The position numbers were made by a program, and so were the translations under genes. A stretch of DNA of 46,198 bases from the NCBI GenBank assembly GCA_008369845.1, contig MRSU01010500.1, positions 1-46,198 on the forward strand, in the 5' to 3' direction. The notes beneath the pieces were generated by a model. The model worked only from the letters and a program-made list of their open reading frames with translations. It searched no databases and was not told where the DNA came from. Shown here one piece after another: positions 30,376-41,300 of this stretch; position 1 is the stretch's first letter; every line of letters starts with the position of its first letter. The stretch comes from Trichomonas gallinae (lineage: Eukaryota).

Positions 30376-33300
30376 TTATTTGCAGATTCTTAATCCAGTA
30401 GCTTCGCAGCCGATCTTTGAAAGCTCACAGACTTTGCAAAGTTTGCCAGCGTGGTTCGTTGAATATGATGCGTGGCAGAATGGGCATGAAACCTTCGTCG
30501 TTCCGCGCTTGAACTGAGTGAGATCCTCGCAGCAGATATCAAAGTCTCTTGCTGCGGACGGGTTGAAGTTGATATCGATTTCGTCTTTGTTCTTGTCTGC
30601 TATCTTGGCAAGTTGAGCGTTAAAACCATCTATATACTTTTTAGGAATGTGGTTCCTGTTGATGATCCTCTCTGCGAGAATATTCGCTGTCTTGTAGCAA
30701 TGTAATGTTATAGCGGTGCGGATAGCTCTGACTGAGAACTTAGCCTGGATTTTCTCCTCGAGGTTCGGCAAAGAAGCCATGTAAGCGAAGTATGTTCCCT
30801 TGTCAGCAGGTGTGCATGCCTCGCCAATAATAGCGGCAGTAATGTGAGCTCTGCATTGAGCAATTGCGCTTGTGACTTTCTGCTGCTCTTCAAGTGTTGA
30901 TACACTCGCCAATGCTATAGATTGAAGTACTTTCTGAAGCTTTTCTTTTGCCTCAGGGTATCTGAAGGCCTCCAAATGGTCAAAGCCTTCATGCATCATC
31001 CTCTCCATCCTCTCGATGCTGAAGCTTGGCATAGGAGCTTTCCTCTTCAAGAAGTTCGCGGTCAGAGGAGTAATGATCGGTGCAGCGCACGCGACAGCTG
31101 GAATGGAAACGTGTGACGCGACGTAGCAAGAAATCATGTGCTCGCGGAGTGGCTCTGCGTTCGCCAAAGCGATCTGCTCTTGAAGGAGCTGAAGGGCGGT
31201 GGCGAAATCTCCGGCGGCGGCAAAGTGTGCAGGGATGTCGCAGTTGTCTGTCCAGATGCCAGTCGGTGAATGTCCTGGAGTTGGAATTCTGAAGCCAGTC
31301 TGTTGTGGCTCCTCCTCCACATCTTCTGGAACTGGAACATCATTGTCGTCGATATCCCAGCCGTCCTCGCTGTCTTCTTCAGCCTTCTTGTTCGCTTTAT
31401 TGTCATCATCGTCGTCGTCGAATGCCCAGCCGTCCTGGTCTCCTTCTTCGTCGGCATCATCCTGCTGAGGAGCTGATGGAGTAATTGTATATTTAGGACG
31501 TGCAACGTAAAGTGTTGGCCAGTCTTCGAATGATGGATTCTTTGGAAGCTGTGGTGCTGAAAGTTCGCCAACTTTGAATTTGGAGAGTTCTTCTTTGACA
31601 TCATCTTGTATATTAAATGAATCCTCTTGATCTTCTGATGCTGCGATGAATCCGAGAGCTGGAGCAACATCGTGTAATATGAATGACTCTGTTGTTCTGT
31701 CGTTTGACCAGATTGCGCGCTGAAGAGCAAGAGATTCGTCGATTTTGAGCGCATTGAGCTTCTGTGTCTGGCCTGAAATAAGATAAAGGAATGCGAGACG
31801 TTCCATGTTTCCGGATTTCTTAAACGCGGATTCTGCGATTGATAATTTGCCTTGTGAGAGGGCTTCGTCTGCCAAACGGTCCCAGAGTGCTGCTTCATTG
31901 ATCTCGTTTGCGGCATCTATAGCAAGCTCGAGATTGCCTGACTCAATTGCGAGATCAAATTTGGAATGTGGGTCTGTGACGAATTGGACGGCGATCTCTG
32001 GGTATCCACGCTTGTGGAGGTAGTCGATGATTGTATTGGAGCAAACCTTTGCGCCTCTCAACGCTGTTACGACTGCATCAAGGCGATTTTCCATAATTGC
32101 TGTCTTGAAGCGAATCTCGAGGGTGTCTATCTCGAATGTCTTGATGACATCATCTCTGTCAATGTAGACAAGCTTGTTGTCGGCAATCGCTGCAATATAA
32201 ATTGGACGTGGGAAGCTTCTGATAGTGCCGCCGTCTCCATTGCGAAGAACGTACTTGACGTGTGTCCTCGTTGAGTAAACGAAGGCGTCATCATCATACC
32301 AATAACCAGATTTGATCTTATTGACTTCCTGGACAGAGACAATGTTGCTGAAATTCAAGTCTGTAATGTAGACGAAGGTTGAGTTGTATAAAGCAATGAG
32401 TTTCTTGTTCGGGCTGACGAAAACTTTCTTGATTCTTAAAAGGTTTGTTGATGCGAGTGATTTTTGTCTGTTAATGTCAAACCTCATAACTGTGTCGTCG
32501 TTTGAGATGAAAACTGTGCCTGTTGGGCCTTGATAAATATTTTTGATTGGAGAAGGAACTGTAATTGCTGTTGGATTCTTGCCCTGGACTTCGTTGACGT
32601 AAATTGTATTCGGCTTTTCGTCGAGATATGCGTATTGTGCACGAGAAATCCAAATTGGATGATGTCCGTTGAGAACCAGTGGCTCTGCTGATTGCGATTC
32701 GTTTACTTGATGAAGTTCGTACTTATCCGTGAATCCAACGAGGAATTTCTTTTGATCTGGATTATACGTTAAGTGAGAAGGCTTCGGGTCGAGAGGAGAT
32801 GAGCGGGATCCGATTGCCCGAGGCTTGCAGTATGCAACAATCTCATCGGAATTGTTCTTAATCTGAAATTCTCTGATGCTCGAATTATTATAATAGAAAA
32901 CAGAATCATTGGAGACCTGGAAAGCTGGCTGGCACTTCTTCATGAGGAAGATGGTGAGGCCAGAATCGTGACCTGCAGCGAAAATTGGAAGATTTGGATG
33001 AGCAGCGACAGTCCAGAAGCGATCTCCATCACGTTTGTACTTGTTGAGGTGGATGAAGCGCTTGGAGTCCCAAATGCGAACTGTATTATCCTCGGAACAT
33101 GAAACAACGCAATCCATATTTGGAATGAAGGTTGCGCAAGAAATATTTCCAGTGTGGCTCCGTAATGTTGCTATGATGGACATTTCGTTCTCAGTGACAC
33201 GCCAGATCTTGACTGATTCGTCGTCTGAGCATGAAATCGCTAATGGCTTCGAAGGATGCCAAGCAGCCCAGTTGACGCCTTCCATGTGGTCTTCTTGCGA

Positions 33301-33867
33301 GAACTTGATGACAGCATCTGTGATGGAGAAGAGTCCGCTTGCTCCTCCAGTTTCGTTGAATAAAGCAGAAATATCCCAGACGCGAACTGTGTCGTCGAGA
33401 GAGGCGGATATGATGAGGGGCAGTGTTGGGTGGAAGAATGCTGACATTACGTAGTGGTTATGTCCAGAAATAGATGTTACACAAGTTTTCGTTTCATAAT
33501 TCCAGATTCTGATTGACTGATCGTCAGACGCTGAGATCAAATATGGTCTGGTAGAGTGGAATTGAACAGTTCGAATATAATCGAGGTGATCTGTGAATGT
33601 TGCAATGCATCTTTGATCATCATAGTTGAAAATTTTAATTGTAGCATCATCTGCACCAGCGGCGAAATATGGCAGTGATGGATGGAATGCTGCTGTGCGA
33701 ACTGGAACAGTATATTCAGTATATCTCTGGATTTCTATTCCAACTTCGAAGTCATAAATAATAATTTCACCACTGTGGAATGACGCTAAAAGCCATGGAC
33801 GCTTGTCATGAAAACAGAGAGATTTAACCCTTCCGGCTTCAATCTCAAGCTTAACTCGCATCGCCAT
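30376..33867 (-). CDS. COPA: Coatomer subunit alpha
   Basis: RVKSLCFHDKRPWLLAS, HLDYIRTVQFH, SASDDQSIRIWN, GHNHYVMSAFFHP, GYPEIAVQFV and C-terminal CKVCELSKIG. Confidence 0.97.
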   Translation of the reverse strand: MAMRVKLEIEAGRVKSLCFHDKRPWLLASFHSGEIIIYDFEVGIEIQRYTEYTVPVRTAAFHPSLPYFAAGADDATIKIFNYDDQRCIATFTDHLDYIRTVQFHSTRPYLISASDDQSIRIWNYETKTCVTSISGHNHYVMSAFFHPTLPLIISASLDDTVRVWDISALFNETGGASGLFSITDAVIKFSQEDHMEGVNWAAWHPSKPLAISCSDDESVKIWRVTENEMSIIATLRSHTGNISCATFIPNMDCVVSCSEDNTVRIWDSKRFIHLNKYKRDGDRFWTVAAHPNLPIFAAGHDSGLTIFLMKKCQPAFQVSNDSVFYYNNSSIREFQIKNNSDEIVAYCKPRAIGSRSSPLDPKPSHLTYNPDQKKFLVGFTDKYELHQVNESQSAEPLVLNGHHPIWISRAQYAYLDEKPNTIYVNEVQGKNPTAITVPSPIKNIYQGPTGTVFISNDDTVMRFDINRQKSLASTNLLRIKKVFVSPNKKLIALYNSTFVYITDLNFSNIVSVQEVNKIKSGYWYDDDAFVYSTRTHVKYVLRNGDGGTIRSFPRPIYIAAIADNKLVYIDRDDVIKTFEIDTLEIRFKTAIMENRLDAVVTALRGAKVCSNTIIDYLHKRGYPEIAVQFVTDPHSKFDLAIESGNLELAIDAANEINEAALWDRLADEALSQGKLSIAESAFKKSGNMERLAFLYLISGQTQKLNALKIDESLALQRAIWSNDRTTESFILHDVAPALGFIAASEDQEDSFNIQDDVKEELSKFKVGELSAPQLPKNPSFEDWPTLYVARPKYTITPSAPQQDDADEEGDQDGWAFDDDDDDNKANKKAEEDSEDGWDIDDNDVPVPEDVEEEPQQTGFRIPTPGHSPTGIWTDNCDIPAHFAAAGDFATALQLLQEQIALANAEPLREHMISCYVASHVSIPAVACAAPIITPLTANFLKRKAPMPSFSIERMERMMHEGFDHLEAFRYPEAKEKLQKVLQSIALASVSTLEEQQKVTSAIAQCRAHITAAIIGEACTPADKGTYFAYMASLPNLEEKIQAKFSVRAIRTAITLHCYKTANILAERIINRNHIPKKYIDGFNAQLAKIADKNKDEIDINFNPSAARDFDICCEDLTQFKRGTTKVSCPFCHASYSTNHAGKLCKVCELSKIGCEATGLRICK

Positions 33868-33990
33868 TTTTTTTTTTGCTTATCGTATTGAACAATTATA
33901 ACCTTATTGACATTTTGACACTATTTGCCAAATAAATTTCTAAATTTGACAAATAAAATAAATTCATTTTCTAATTTTTGGTGGAAGGCA

Positions 33991-34074
33991 GCTTTATTTT
34001 TCTGCTGATGCAGTCTGTAGTGATGTGCAAGCATATGTGCATCCTACCGACTGCATATGCAAAAGAATAAAAGT
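33991..34074. repeat. Imperfect inverted repeat / long foldback hairpin
   Basis: ATGCAGTC/GACTGCAT, GTAG/CTAC, GATG/CATC and TGCA/TGTG (two G-U pairs) around loop AGCATA, plus an outer stem GCTTTATTTTTCTGC/GCAAAAGAATAAAAGT. Confidence 0.8.
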
Positions 34075-34456
34075 TTTGGTCCAATATATAATTTTTCTGA
34101 CTTTACTTGTCAGTTTTAATAATATTACATGTCAAAAAGTATTTGAGGTGCTATTTCAAGCGCAGCAGCATTCAAAATATATATCAATGATGGACTGGCA
34201 ACGAAAAATTGAAATTGAAGTCTCGAACTTTTGAAATTTTACTGCTGGAAGATGTTGATATAAAAAAGCCAGGTAACAAGGTGAGAATAGACATTTTGCA
34301 CTTCTTATGATTGCTATTAGCATAACATGATGATATATCTTAAGTCTGGCCGAATTCGGGTATTAAAATTGGATAAATTCAAAATGTTTATTTTTGAAAT
34401 TTTTCTCAGCGAGTTTTTCGCTGATGTATATCAAAGAATTATTGGTATGAGGTGTT

Positions 34457-34906
34457 TTAATTCCTTTCACCACGAATCCTCTGTGCCAGACTCAAATCTT
34501 GCTTCATGATAGTGACCCTTTTGGCATGTAGTGTGCAAAGGAGTCCATCCTCCATCATTCCAATGATGAATGCTTCAGAAGCTTCCTGTAAGGCTTGCAT
34601 GGCTGATTCTTGGAATCTTATCGAAGGATTTAGTGAAGTTGCAATTTCACGCACAAGTCTTCGAAAAGGAATCTTTGGGATCAGTAATTCAGTAGATGTC
34701 TGATATGTCCGTATTTCCTTCAATACTTTGCTTTTAGATTTCTTTCTTTTTACGGGTTCTCGAGGTTTTTTGAGAATCTTCTTTCCTGTCCTTGGTAAAT
34801 CGATTTGCGACCACGGATTTGGTTCTGTGAACTCAACTCTTTCGGACCTTTCTTCATAATCACTGAAAAAGGAGAAATTTTCCGCATAAACACGAATCGA
34901 ATTCAT
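34457..34906 (-). CDS. Divergent histone H3 variant (CenH3 candidate)
   Basis: Histone fold [28 protein letters not shown]...ALQEASEAF...[19 protein letters not shown] with an N-tail unrelated to ARTKQTARKS. Confidence 0.9.
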   Translation of the reverse strand: MNSIRVYAENFSFFSDYEERSERVEFTEPNPWSQIDLPRTGKKILKKPREPVKRKKSKSKVLKEIRTYQTSTELLIPKIPFRRLVREIATSLNPSIRFQESAMQALQEASEAFIIGMMEDGLLCTLHAKRVTIMKQDLSLAQRIRGERN

Positions 34907-36119
34907 GATATCTACTTAGAACATCAAAACTATTGTTGCATATTTTGACTCTATTCTTTATATTCTTCATGTTTGTCATGTTAAATATCGATAAATACCA
35001 AGATTTAGAATCAACATTTTCAAATATAGCAATTTATCTGATCTATCTGTTGCAAATCGATTTTACTGTTTGTGTACTATTATAATTATTGTATAAAAGT
35101 TGATTTTGAAATTAATATTTTTTTTGGATTCAAAATTTAATAATTAACTAGGATAATATGCACTATTGTCATCTAATTCCATTGTATTTAAATATTATCA
35201 TATTCCACATGCCTTAAAAATCAGGTTTAAAATAAAAACGATAAGATTTTCGTCTGTAAACAAGAATCGATTATGTTATCAATATGTATTAAACTTTATA
35301 TTAGTAGGTGATGTGACAAATGCATTCCCTACAAAGAAATAACTTTAATTTCCAGGCTTTAAAATTGAATTTTCTTGATGCGATAAGAAATTATGAGGAA
35401 ACAATATACTCACCCAAGAATCAATGAATACACAAATAAAATATAATAAGGAAATGGACTTGAGAATATCATTGCAAAAGAGCGGAATTGAAATCTAAAC
35501 GTATAACTTATATCATAGATTCACCATAGTATAGTTAGCAATATTTGATATAATAAAATGATAACTCAGATTTGTTTACGATAAAATTTGACATTCACTG
35601 CCAATTTTATAGTTGCTCTTTGGATTAAGCCCTTTGGGTCAATTTCCTTCGGTTTTTGGAACTTCAATTGAATTAGAAAACTTTTTGTTTTTTGAGTTTT
35701 TGAAGCAAATAAACAGTGAAAAAAAAATTGATAAATGTTGATAGTTTAAATCGTGACATGCTTGGATAATTCGGTAAATTATCCATGTTTTTATTTTGTG
35801 TGTGTTGAGTTTTGAGACTTGAAGAAAAAATCGTTTTTCCGGTTTCGTTAATTAAAGCAATGGTATTAAAATATAAAGCAAATGACAAAATAAGCTTTTG
35901 AGAACTCTTACTTCTGACACAAATTTTTATCGGATATAATATGATGATGACATAAATAAGCTAAATATGAGTAATTTTCGATTTGAAAGAAAATTGCGTC
36001 TGATTCGAATATCATATAATTCAATATAAGTGAATTTGCCGTAGTGCCCCCAGGGGTGTAAAATAGCTATTGGTAGTTAATATAAGAACAAAATTTACAT
36101 GATATTTTATAACAAAAAA

Positions 36120-36839
36120 TCATAACACATTATTTGCAAAAGATTCCTTAGGAATGGCATCTAATATATCGCTCTTCTTGATATATCCTACATTTCGCCT
36201 TTGCAATGGAGTAAGACAAGTTTTGGTTAATCGTCTAGACGTTGGTGTAAGACTAGATGGCGGCTGTTGCATATTTAGATTGAAATCTGTTCCATCAGCG
36301 TTAAGATGGGAGCAAGCATTCTGGAAAAATGGTTGAAATTGGAATGTTGCGGGATAATTCTGGAATTTCTGAGTGAAAGCGTAAACAAAACAAGGGGATA
36401 GATTTGCGAATGTCATTTGGTTCTTATCTGAATTTTCGATAATCTTCATTAAGAGTTTGAAAAGGCGGGCAACGCATAATCTGTTCGTTATGCTTAAATG
36501 GGACAATACATCTACTGTTGCTCTTGTTATATCAGGTCCGAAGTATGTCGAAACGATAGATGGAGGTATCAAAGGCGTTGGAAGCTCGATGAGCCATAGC
36601 TTGATAAAAGAAGCGACATCGAAGACAGTCGAATCAGGAGGAATAAATGGATTATGCTGGGAGAGTGTTTCATTTATTTTCATGACTTGTAAGCGACTGC
36701 CGTTCATCCTGAAAATTCCAACCTCAGTGATATTATCTTCTATAAACTTGATGGCTGGCTCCAGGAAGCAAGGGCAGCTGTCCTTGTTTGTCGGAAGATA
36801 GTTCAACTCGACTTTAATGGTGGTTCGATGGTATTTCAT
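36120..36839 (-). CDS. RhoGAP domain protein, 239 aa
   Basis: Arginine finger GIFRMNG, DVASFIKLWLIELPTPLIP and NQMTFANL. Start moved to ATG 36839. Confidence 0.88.
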   Translation of the reverse strand: MKYHRTTIKVELNYLPTNKDSCPCFLEPAIKFIEDNITEVGIFRMNGSRLQVMKINETLSQHNPFIPPDSTVFDVASFIKLWLIELPTPLIPPSIVSTYFGPDITRATVDVLSHLSITNRLCVARLFKLLMKIIENSDKNQMTFANLSPCFVYAFTQKFQNYPATFQFQPFFQNACSHLNADGTDFNLNMQQPPSSLTPTSRRLTKTCLTPLQRRNVGYIKKSDILDAIPKESFANNVL

Positions 36840-38058
36840 GGTAATAAATTTTAAAATTAAGAAACCTTTCAAATAAAATTGTCACTTTTATCAATTGATA
36901 TAAGCCGTAAAGCTTAATTTTTTAAACAAAAACTCTTTATGGACCGTTATAATATCAACATTTGTGCTCTATAAATGAGTTTTTGAATTAACTCTCAAAT
37001 TGTGAATGCAAAAATTTTACAAAAAAATAGTCTATCTATTATAGTATATTAATGGTATAAAATATAAGATAAATTTGATTGACTATTTGAATATTATCTC
37101 AAATTATAAATGTAGAAAATATAGCTACATATGGTATAATTAACCATTCAACTAAGAAAATTTTTATTCCTGTCATTCGTTTTTTAAGATATATACGCTA
37201 TACACAATCGTTATACGGTCTAATAAATAAAACGTACAAAAGTGACTTCATTAGAATTCAAAAAACTGCAAGCATCAATTCTGTAATATACTATATATTA
37301 GTATTACATTTATCTAATATTGAAAAGTGACAAAATTTCTTTTGAAAATTCAAGGCAGACAAGAATTAGATAATTCAATTTGATTTTTACAATTCTGATA
37401 TCAGAAATCATGGTTTGGACCAATAAGTTGAGAAGTGTCTAAAATGCTATTTTTTGAATTTACAATACCTCATTCAATCTTTTTTACGTCAATTACAAAA
37501 ATTTTCCCGTTATATAAAATATCATTAATTATAGAAATCTTTGATATGAGTGTAAAAAAATTCACGTATCCAATATTGAGTATACTTTCGTTCATCACAT
37601 TCTCTTAATGGTTTTATTCGATTGTATACATTTTATGCAGCTATATTCAACGAAAAATTTACGAACTTTCGGAGAAAATCTCTGTCAAATGAAATTTCCC
37701 TTCAGTCATAGCTATACAAGAGTTTGCATCGAAGGAAGCGAATAAAAATATTAAATTTTTTGTGGATCAACAATAAATTTAGATAACAGTGAATCAGCCA
37801 TATTTATCACTTCAAGATTTTAAATTTATCCTTAAACTGTTCTGTTCTCAACCTTTAAATCTCAAATTTATTCAAGAATGTCGCAACGGAGCTCATTAAT
37901 ACAAAATTTGATATATATTCCATGTAAATATGTTATGTTACTGTACACTTCGCGCGGTACAAACAGAAAAATATCTTCAACTTCTGCAAAACATCTTATT
38001 CGTAGTTTTTAGTTTTAAAAATATATTATGTGTGTGTATAGTATTAAGGATGTATAAA

Positions 38059-38234
38059 CATTACCCTTTAAAATCGAAATAATTTTGAAAATAAAAAAAA
38101 TTTGTTTTTGAGCTACAAATTTTAAACCATGATAAGTATGAATGTAAAGCATTACAGATGAAAAGCATTGTCCTTTAAAATCGTAATATTTTTTAAAATA
38201 ATAAAAACTTGTTTTTGAGCACCAAGATTTGAAC
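38059..38234 (+). repeat. Direct repeat, two ~69-bp copies with a 107-bp period
   Basis: 38059-38127 and 38166-38234 share CATT..CCTTTAAAATCG.AATA.TTTT.AAAATAA.AAAAA.TTGTTTTTGAGC. Confidence 0.75.
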
Positions 38235-38311
38235 AGCAGTATATGTGTGTGATGTTTGTTTTGGATTTACTATTATAAGATGATGGAATAGATTAGAAAA
38301 GTGACACCATA

Positions 38312-41300
38312 ATGCTATTTTATCTTTTTTCGTTGTCTTTATGCAAGATTTATGATAAAAAGCATCAGTTGAAGAAGATTTCGAAGTACATTCACCTAAT
38401 GAACGAAATGATTACTGTTAATTTTTCGTCTGCAACTGATACATATTTTTGTCGCAATGCAACAGCTGATTTTTTGCCTCCAAACCAAATGGACTATGTC
38501 TGGGAGCCAATGAATATTACAAAATCATTTCCATTTAACCAAACAAAAGGAGATTGGTTTGCTTTTAAAGGTCTAACGAATATTCCTGAGGGATATGACC
38601 CAAACAGGCATAGAATCATACTGAATTTCCAGATTAAAGCCGTTTACAATGTCAGAAGATGGGATGATGAGTTCCCAGCTGGCCCTGAAGGAAGAATGTG
38701 GCTAAACGGCTCATTGATTGGAGCAATTGACGAATTCCATAACTGCCATGCTGTCGATGGCCCTGGATTTGTTGATGTCCGCATTTTTACGGCAAGATGC
38801 AGCACGAATCACAAATTGGAGAAATTTGGCTTGTCAATCGTTGATAAGCCAACGGAAAAACTCTACCACTATCTCAAAGTAATCGAAAAAACACTTAAAG
38901 AAGTAACAGAACCAATTCCGCAAAAAGATCAGCTAATTGAAATTGTAAATCAAGTTTTACCATTGATAGATATCAGAGATCTTACTTTTCCAATCAAATT
39001 ACCGGAAATTCGTCATCGCGATAAAAATCATCAAAAATTCTACGAATCAGTGCCAATTGCTTTAGCGAAATTACTTGAATTACTCGAATCTATGCCAAAA
39101 CATACAGAAAATGATCCATTTATTAACGTTATCGGATATTCTCATCTCGATTCAACTTGGGAATGGACATACAACACTTCTCACTACAAATTCGCTAACA
39201 CCGTCGCATCTATGCTGCATTTAATCGAAAATCCACCATCAGAAGAAACTCCAAAGTGGAGATTTCTCGCGACGTCGGCATTACACTACAAATGGCTACA
39301 GAGAGACGACCCAGAACTCTATGAGAGAGTCATTAAAGCAGCTAAAGATGGCAGATTCGAAGTCGATGGTGTAACTTTCCTCGAGCCTGATACAAATCTT
39401 CCATCAGGCGAATCATTTGTTAGACAGATTCTCTATGGAGTCAAATATTTTGAATCACTTGGCTTCAAGCAGTCAACACTGTTTTTACCAGACTGTTTCG
39501 GCTTTTCTCCAGCAATTCCGCAATTATTGAGAAACGCTGGAATCGAAAATTTCGTGACATCCAAGATCAGCTGGAATGAATACAACAGTTTCCCGCATCA
39601 CACATTCGTTTGGCGTGGAATTGACGGAAGTGAAGTTTTATCTCACTTTATAACTACTCCATCATCATGGTCCTATCAAACATTCACATACACAGGCCTT
39701 GCAAACATGCCTGAAATCATTGGAACATACAAATGCTACAATCACAAAACAATTCCAGGTGTCGCGCTCCACACTGCTGGAAACGGAGATGGAGGCGGCG
39801 GTCTCACAGAAGAGATGCTCTGGAACATGGAGGTTGTCAACAAACTCCCTAAAATCGATGGCGTTCCTCATCTTAAATTCCAGAAAGTTTCCGAGATTTT
39901 CGAAACAATCAAAGATCACAAACAGGAACTACCTACATGGGATGGCGAGCTATATTTAGAATACCACAGAGGAACAGCGACAACACAAGAAGAAGTGAAA
40001 AGACAGAACAAACTTTTGGAAGCCCATCTACATAACTGCGAATGGCTGATGACAATGTACAAATCGTTATATTGGAACACAGACTTTTCTTTGCAAAGAA
40101 AACTTTTGGATGAATCATGGGAAACAACATTAATGCTTCAATTCCATGATGCCTTACCAGGAACATCAGTTAATGAAGCGAACAATGATATTCTTCAAAG
40201 AGGTTCTGTCGTCATCAAGAAATTAAAGAATTTGGAGAACAAATTGGCAAAAATGCTGTCAGATAAAATGAGAGTTGCCATAGAAGACAACACAAAGATA
40301 TTGTTTAATACACATGCTTTCAAGCGCAACGTTCAGGGAATAAATGTTCCTTCTGGAGGATGGACACAGACAACAAAAGAAATCGAAAAGAAAGAATTCA
40401 TCAATTCTATGTACGAAATTTTGAAACAAGGTGGATATAAAGAGAATTTAATCAATGTCTCAGAATACAAAGTCACAAAGCACTCGAATGTGTCATTCGA
40501 TGGAAAGACATTTTCAGTCATAACAGATAATCTTAATGTTACTTTTTCGCCAATCAATGGCAGCATCATTCAGATTCGTGATGTTAAAAGCGGCAGACCG
40601 TTTTTGAGGTCACCATCCAATGTTTTTGAATTCTACGAAGACAGGTCAATCCACTGGCCTGCGTGGGACATACAGCTATATCACAAAGAAATGCAGTTAA
40701 AGGGTCCATCACTCATCGACATCAAATTCAAAGACAACGCTATCTATACTAGATATAAATTCGACGACTGCGAAAATTCAACATATATAAATCAAACAAT
40801 CACTTTCGGCGAAGAAGGTATAATAGACTTCGACACGAACGTCGACTGGCAGGAACACGACAAACTCCTCAAAATAATGTACGACACAAACATAAGAAAC
40901 AAGGAGGCATCATATGGAACACAATTCGGCCACCATTTGAGGCCAACACACGAAAACCTCCCGCAAGATATGGCGCAGTTCGAAGTGTCAGCGAGATGGG
41001 CAGATTTGTCTGACGCAACTGGTGGCATTTCTTTGACAGCTGACGCTAAGTATGGATATGATATTCATGATGGAAATATCAGGTTGTCTCTTTTAAAGTC
41101 ACCTTTGCAGACAGATATGTGGGCTGATTATGGAAGGCGTCATTTCACGTATAGAATGCAATTCCACGCATCTAGATTTGATTCTACAAAGATTACGAAA
41201 TATCATTATGATTTAATCACTCCACCAGTTGTCGCTGACTATGAGCAGCCAACGACACCGATTTCCAGCGAAAATATACCAATGGAATCGAGTTTTGTTT

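Noticed and set aside
31134..33454. 260-aa alternative-frame and other overlapping ORFs within COPA
   Set aside because: Explained by strong codon bias; no motifs or promoter signals.
34005..34056. Hairpin as a SECIS element or SRP Alu domain (contains TGAT and TGTAG)
   Set aside because: No correct GA quartet/AAR geometry or adjacent UGA-containing ORF; no SRP helix-8 motif downstream.
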